Made by a program: the position numbers and the translations under genes
Shown: piece by piece, positions 58,080-64,000 of the stretch
Position numbering within the stretch: the first letter of the stretch is position 1
How the letters are laid out: every line of letters begins with the position of its first letter
The notes under the pieces: model-generated
What the model was told of the DNA's origin: nothing
What the model saw: only the letters and a program-made list of their open reading frames with translations
The model's database searches: none
Assembly (NCBI RefSeq): GCF_004010195.1
Contig: NC_057718.1
Location: 66,287,351 to 66,351,350 of the forward strand
DNA length: 64,000 nucleotides
Source: Chiloscyllium plagiosum
Taxonomy: Eukaryota
Reading direction: 5' to 3'

Positions 58080-60720
58080 TAGAACAAAGAACATTACAGC
58101 ACAGAAACAGCCCTTCAGCCCTCCAAGCCTGCACTGATCCAGATCCTCTATCTAAACCTGCCACCTATTTTCTAAGGATCTGTAGCCCTTTGTTCTCTGC
58201 TTATTCGTGTATCTGTTAAGATGCATCTTAAATGACGCTTTCATTCCTGCCCCTATCGCCTCCACTGGCACCACTTTCCATGCACCCATCACCCTCTGCA
58301 GGAAGACCTTTCCACGCATGTCTCCCCTAACCTTTTTCCCCTCTCACTTTGAACTCATGGCCCCTAGTAATTGAGTCCTCCCCTCTGGGGTTTTGTAGGC
58401 CTCAATCACGCCCTCCCCCCCGACTTCTTCCTTTATAATGAAAATAGTCCTAATCTACTCAACTTCTCCTCATAGCTAGCACCTTTCATATCAGGCAACA
58501 TCCTGGTGAAACTCCTCTGCACCCTCTCCAAAGCATCCACACCATTTTGGTAATGTGGCGACCAGAACTGTACGCAGTATTCCAAATGTGTCCAAACCAA
58601 AGTCTTATGCAACTGTAACATGACCAGCCGACTCCTGTACTCGATACCCCATCCGATGAAGGAAAACATTCCATGTGCCTTTGTGACAACTATACTGACC
58701 TGCGTTGCCACCTTCAGGGAACAATGGACCAGAACACCCAGATCTCTCTGTATATCAGTTTTTCCCAGGACCTTTCCATTTACTGTATCGTTCGCTCCTG
58801 AAGTGGATCTTCCAAAATGCATCACCTCTCAATTGTCTGGATTGAACTCCATCTGCCATTTCTCTGGCCAACTCTCTAATCTATCTATATTCTGCTGTAT
58901 TCTCTGACAGTCACCTTCATTATCTGTCACTCCACCAATCTTAGTGCCAACTGCAAACTTGCTAATGAGGAAACCTGTACCTTTCTCCAAGTCATTTATG
59001 TCTATCACAAAAAACAGTGGTCCCAGCACGGATCCCCGTGGAACACCACTGGACACAGGTTTTCATTTTGAGAAGTTCCCTTCCACTACTATTCTGACCC
59101 CTGTTGCTCAACCAGTTCTTTTTCCATCTAGCTAGAACACCCTAGACCCCATGTGACTTAACTCCTTCAGCAGTCTACCATGGGGAACCTGATCAAATGC
59201 ATTACTGAAGTCCATGTATGTGACATCTACATCCCTTCTCATATCAATCAACTTTGTCACCTCTTCAAAGAACTCTATTAGGTTTGTAAGACATGACCTT
59301 CGCTACACAAAATCATGCTGCCTATCACTGATATACCCATTTGGAAGAAAACGGGCTTATGTCCTGTCCCCCAGTAGCTTCCCTACTACTGACATCAGGC
59401 TCACAGGTCTGTAATTACCTGGATTATCCCTGATGCCCTTCTTAAACAAGGGGGCAACAATAGCAATTCTCCAGTCCTCTGGGACCTTTCCCATGTTCAA
59501 GGATGCTGCAAAGATATCCGTTAAAGCCCCAGCTATTTCCCCTCTCACTTCCCTCAGTAACCTGGGATAGATTCCATCTGGGCTGAAAATGTGTTGCTGG
59601 AAAAGCGCAGCAGGTCAGGCAGCATCCAAGGAACAGGAGAATCGACATTTTGGGCACAAGCCCTTCTTCCTGAAGAATGGCTTGTGCCTGAAATGTCGAT
59701 TCTCTTGTTCCTTGGATGCTGCCTGATCTGCTGCGCTTTTCCAGCAACCCATTTTCAGCTCTGATCTCCAGCATCTGCAGTCCTCATTTTCTCCTAGATC
59801 CCATCTGGACCTGGGGACTTGTTCACCTTAATGCCTTTTAGAATACCCAACCCTTCCTCCCTTATGCTGACTTGACCTAGAGTAATCAAACATCTATCCC
59901 AACATCTGTCATGTCCCTCTCCTCGGTGAATTTACTGATGCCAAGTACTTATTAAGAATCTCACCCAATTTTTCTGACCCCACGCATATCTTTCTTCCTC
60001 TGCCCTTGAGTGGGCCAATCCTTTCCCTCATTACCCTCTTGCTCCTTATATATGAATAAAAGGCTTTGGGGTTTTCCTTAACCCTGCTCGCCAAGGATAT
60101 CTTGTGACCCTTTTTAGCCCTCTTAATTCCTCATTTCAGATTGGTCCTACATTCCTGATTTTCTTCCAAAGTTTTGCCTATCTTCAGTTGCCTAGACGTT
60201 TTGTATGTATCCTTTTTCCTGTTATCTAGTCTCACAATTTCACCTGTTTCCTAATCTTACTATTTCTATCCCTCAGTTTTACAGGAACAAATCTCTCCTG
60301 AACTCTCTCTCCAAACAGCTGCTCCCAATCTACATTCCTTAGGTCGTGCCAAATTTTGGTATGGTGGCCTTCCCCCAATTTAGCACTCTGTCTTGAGGAC
60401 CACTTTGTCTTTGTTCATGAGTATTCTAAAACTTCTGGAATTGTCATCGCTATTCACAAAGTAATCCTCTACTGAAACCTCAACCACCTGGCCAGGCTCA
60501 TTCCTCAACAGCAGGTCCAGTATGGCACCCTCCTAAGTTGTACTATTTACATACTGCTCTACAAAACCCTATTGGATGCTCCTTACAAATTCTGCTCCAT
60601 TCAGACCTCGAGTACTAAGTGAATCCCAGTCAATGTTGGGAAAATTAAAATCTGTCATCACTACCATCCTGTTGCTCCTAGGTCTTTCTATGATCTCTTG
60701 ACCTATTTGTATCTTGATCT
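58080..60720 (-). mobile_element. CR1 LINE, about 2.6 kb of ORF2 and 3' UTR
   Basis: ORFs 58433-58825, 58829-59056 (SGVPRGSVLGPL), 59357-59548 and 59909-60094. Confidence 0.93.
59582..59794. mobile_element. Fold-back PLE family A pseudo-LTR element with 14-bp TSD
   Basis: Inverted repeat 59582-59669 versus 59672-59759; TSD tagattccatctgg (59568-59581) / tagatcccatctgg (59795-59808). Confidence 0.9.
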
Positions 60721-62074
60721 TAATGATAAGGTAATTGGAGTGGGGACTTAGTTCAAGGCTATCGCAAGTGCCTTTGTTCCACCAATAACTGTGGGTTCTA
60801 GCCTTTATGTATCGTAATCATAGTTTTATATCTTGGAGCAGAATGCATTGCTACAGTTAGATATGGAAAATTTAATGTAGTGTCACTGAAGGTTAAGTAG
60901 GAAGTCCTCGAATCCATAAAAAGCGGTACATCAGAGAGTAGATTTGAAGTTGGAGGCTGAACTTGGGAGCTCTTGTTGCTGGGAAGTATAAAGAATGTCT
61001 CTATTTTTGAAATTCATCTGAAAATTGAATAGCTCTTAAAAATGTGGAATACTTATCTAAAATGGCTCTGCTGAAGCAAAATCTTTTGGACACAAAGACT
61101 TAAATGATTTGTTAAGGCGATTTGGAAACTTGAACTTGGTGTTAGAATTTGCTGTATATAGTAATTTGATAAGTTTACTTGTCAAGAATTGCTCTTGTTT
61201 GTGCTTCTATTTTGAACTTTTCTATTGAAAGTTTGTGAATGTGAATTTGAGTTGAACTTGTTCAGATACAAATTACTTTTGAACATAAAATACAGGACTG
61301 CTCAAATCACTGAATCTTTGTTCATTCAGGGCTCTGAGAGCTTTCCTGATTGAGCAGTCGTGGTAATTCTGGTATGCAGGATCTTACAACAGCCCAGTCA
61401 TACGTGTATTCCCTCAGGACTGTGAGACATTGTGGCAGGCTGTATGGAGTAATCATTTGAAGCAGTTGGTGGAAATTCACTTTGGTTTGCATTTTTTCTC
61501 CCTTTCTCTCTGCTCCTTCAACCAGTGGAAAAGTTGAAGATATTTGGGTGTAACTAATGAAAATATGCTCAGTGTACAAAGCATTTCAGCATTTAACGGT
61601 TGAACTGTGTACAATATATTATTCACAGGTCTACTTGCAGGATACTTTGAATCACTTGTCAGAGTTTGGGAGTTTAATCCCAGCATTCGAACAGTGAGAT
61701 TCACAAGTGGGTCAAGGTCTGTTGTCTGATTATTGTTCAGAAAGATAATTATTGTTTGTACAAGTCTGTGGTGGAACAGGAATGTCAAACTTTGTCAAAT
61801 GTATATATTAAAAGCAAATATTTATTCTGTTCATGTAAGTTTATGAGCACAGGGTAATTTGAAATTTTAGAAGTTTCTTTACCTCCACATCAGATATTTG
61901 ATGGATAATTTTTTTTTTAGTTATGCATATTTTCCTTTACCATAGGTAGTATAGCCTAGGCCTTCGGTTAGTTGCTATTGGAAAGACTGCATTCAGTTGG
62001 TCCACAGTGCAAAACCGAGTGCTGAAAGTAGGCAGTTTCTCTGTGTGGTTTCCAACAAATATATTATAAAAAAA

Positions 62075-62570
62075 CATGTCTTGCCCATCCTTGATTGCCC
62101 TTGAGAAGGGGGTGACTAGCTGTCTTGAACCACTGCAGTCTATTTTGTGAGTGCATCCACAATGCTGTTAATGAGGGAGTTACAGAAAACAAATACTGGA
62201 GATAACAGCGGGTCAAGCAGAATCTATGGAGAGAGAGCAAACTAACATTTAACATCTATATGACCCTCTGTTGAAGCTGAAGTGGAGTTACAGGCAGAGG
62301 CAGCAAGAATGAAAGCAAGTTGAGGCAGCAAGAATGAAAAATGTGATATTTCCAGGTCATAATGGTGAGTGGTTTGGAGGGGAGCTTGCAACTGGAGGTG
62401 TTCCAAGTATCTGCTGCCCTTGTCTTTTTAGGTGGCAATGATTGTGAAAGTTTGGAAAGTGCTGCTTAAGGAATTTTGAAGAATTTCTGCAGTGCACCTT
62501 GTAGATGGTATACTCTGCTGGTGTTGAGCATTAATGGTGGATGGGGTGAATGTTTTGTGGATCAGTGCCA
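62075..62570 (-). mobile_element. 3' end of the same LINE family as 17937-21620, with a PLE fragment at about 62185-62300
   Basis: ttgcccatcc.t.attgcccttgagaagg.ggtg matches about 17975-18010. Confidence 0.7.
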
Positions 62571-62649
62571 GATTTGTTTGTTTGTTTTGTTTTTGCTTCC
62601 ACTGATTTAAGAAATTTGGGTAACTTGTGGTGGTGGGAGTTGGGTAAGT

Positions 62650-63700
62650 AAGAAGTAAAAGCCCGTGGGATCCAGGATAAATTGGCAAGTTGGATCCAAA
62701 TCGGTTTAGTCCCCCCAGGAGATAGAAGGATGTTTGCGCAACTAGATGCTGTTGCGCAGTGATGTACTACAGGAATCAGTGCTGGATCCCTTATTGTTCA
62801 TGATATGTCTCTAAATGATTAGAAGGAAACACTGGGGTGGGGAGGGGAGATGATAAAGTAAGTTTGTGGATGACAGGTTAGCTGAGTGGATAAGTGATAA
62901 AGAAGGCCTTTGGTTACAGTTTGGGCAGATCAGTGGTCAATGGAAATTTACCCTGATAAGCATGAGGTGATGCAATCTGGAAGCAGAAAGAAGACAAGGG
63001 AGTACTTGGTGAATTGCGGGATTTGGGGTGCTTGTCCACCGATCCCTGAAGGTGGCAAGACAGGTTATTCAGGTAGTTAAGGCATACAGGATGCTTACCT
63101 TTTTCAGTCGTGACATAGATTATAAGAGGAGAGAGGATATCCTTGAGCTATGCAGGTCTTTGTTTAGGGCATAGCTAGAGTATTGTATACGGTTCTGGTC
63201 AACACACTATAGGAAGGATGTGATTGCACTGGAGGGGGTGTGGTGGAGGTTCACCCGGATGTTGCCTGGGATGGAGCAGTTTATGATGGGAGCTGGATAG
63301 GCTAGGGTTATTTTCCTTAAAGCAGAGAAGACTGCAAAGGAGATTTGATAGAGGTGTATAAGATGATGTGGGTTATCAATTGGGTGGATAGAAAGCTGCT
63401 GTTCCCCTTAGTTGAAGGAACATTAACAAAAGGGCATAATTTTAAGTTGAAAGCCAGGAGATATTTCTCTCGCGGGTGGTAGAAATCTGGAATGCACTGC
63501 TTGGGAGGGTAACCAAGAGAGAAAACCTCACCACCTTCAGAAAGTACTTTGATAAGCACTTGAAAATCCATAATGTTCAAGGCTATGGGTCAAGTGTTGG
63601 AAAATGGGACTACTGTAGTTTTAGAGTACTGTAGTTTTTATTGTAAGTGCAGACTTGATAGGCTGAAAGGTGGCTTCTATACTGTATGATTTAATGATTT
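62650..63700 (+). mobile_element. Decayed CR1 3' portion
   Basis: caggaatcagtgctggatccc (QGSVLG-like) and ctagagtattgt..ttctggtc motifs; 3' UTR tail at about 63690. Confidence 0.85.
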
Positions 63701-64000
63701 CAAACCAGTACCTAATGCAGGAAAATTCAAGGTTGTCTGACTATCACTCATTATTTAGGCAGTGCATGATTGTCAGTACCTGCCATCAGTCTAAATGATT
63801 TATATTCCTGATCAATCCTATAGAAATACATTCACATAACTGGAAGTTTCTTGGATTCAGTATTAATTCGGTCAATTGTCATAAATCTCTTCAAATCCAC
63901 GTACTGAAAATTTTTCACCAATTATCAGTTACTGCAGTTTTGAAGACAGCATTTCCTTGCATGTTTCTGCAACTGGCTTTCATTCCTCCAAACTGTTGAG

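Noticed and set aside
61322..61788. Two overlapping minus-strand ORFs (85 and 103 aa) in unique DNA
   Set aside because: No splice signals on that strand and no recognisable motif; the + strand frames are broken by stops.
432..63580. ORF-track ORFs as host or prokaryotic genes (RT, endonuclease, esterase)
   Set aside because: They are frameshifted TE fragments, antisense frames or SINE-derived chance ORFs. No intact retron-, DGR- or operon-like system is present.
1..64000. CRISPR arrays, rRNA or genuine tRNA genes
   Set aside because: No regularly spaced repeat-spacer structure or rRNA similarity seen; tRNA-like A/B boxes belong to SINE heads.

Overview
Vertebrate genomic DNA, almost certainly from a cartilaginous fish (shark/ray). 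The evidence is HE1-type V-SINEs and their partner HER1/CR1 LINEs, recognised from memory rather than by database search. Most of the window is nested, decayed retroelements: many CR1 copies; at least three Penelope-like element (PLE) families whose terminal repeats carry minimal hammerhead-ribozyme motifs; a 3'-truncated L1-clade element; an ORF1-less LINE with a tRNA-like head and its matching SINE; Rex1/Babar pieces; three solo LTRs; Tigger-like MITEs; and two assembly gaps. Almost all ORFs in the track are TE fragments or chance ORFs. The unique DNA looks intronic, with one well-formed 135-bp + strand exon (29278-29412) and a few weaker candidates from an unidentified gene. The most notable observations are: (i) PLE hammerheads, including a U3:A8 compensatory variant inside a fold-back element; (ii) PLE insertion and inversion breakpoints clustering at the ribozyme core, with recurrent 14-15 bp target-site duplications; (iii) several locally templated insertions and a tandem duplication containing a micro-inversion. 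TE boundaries are approximate unless a TSD is quoted.
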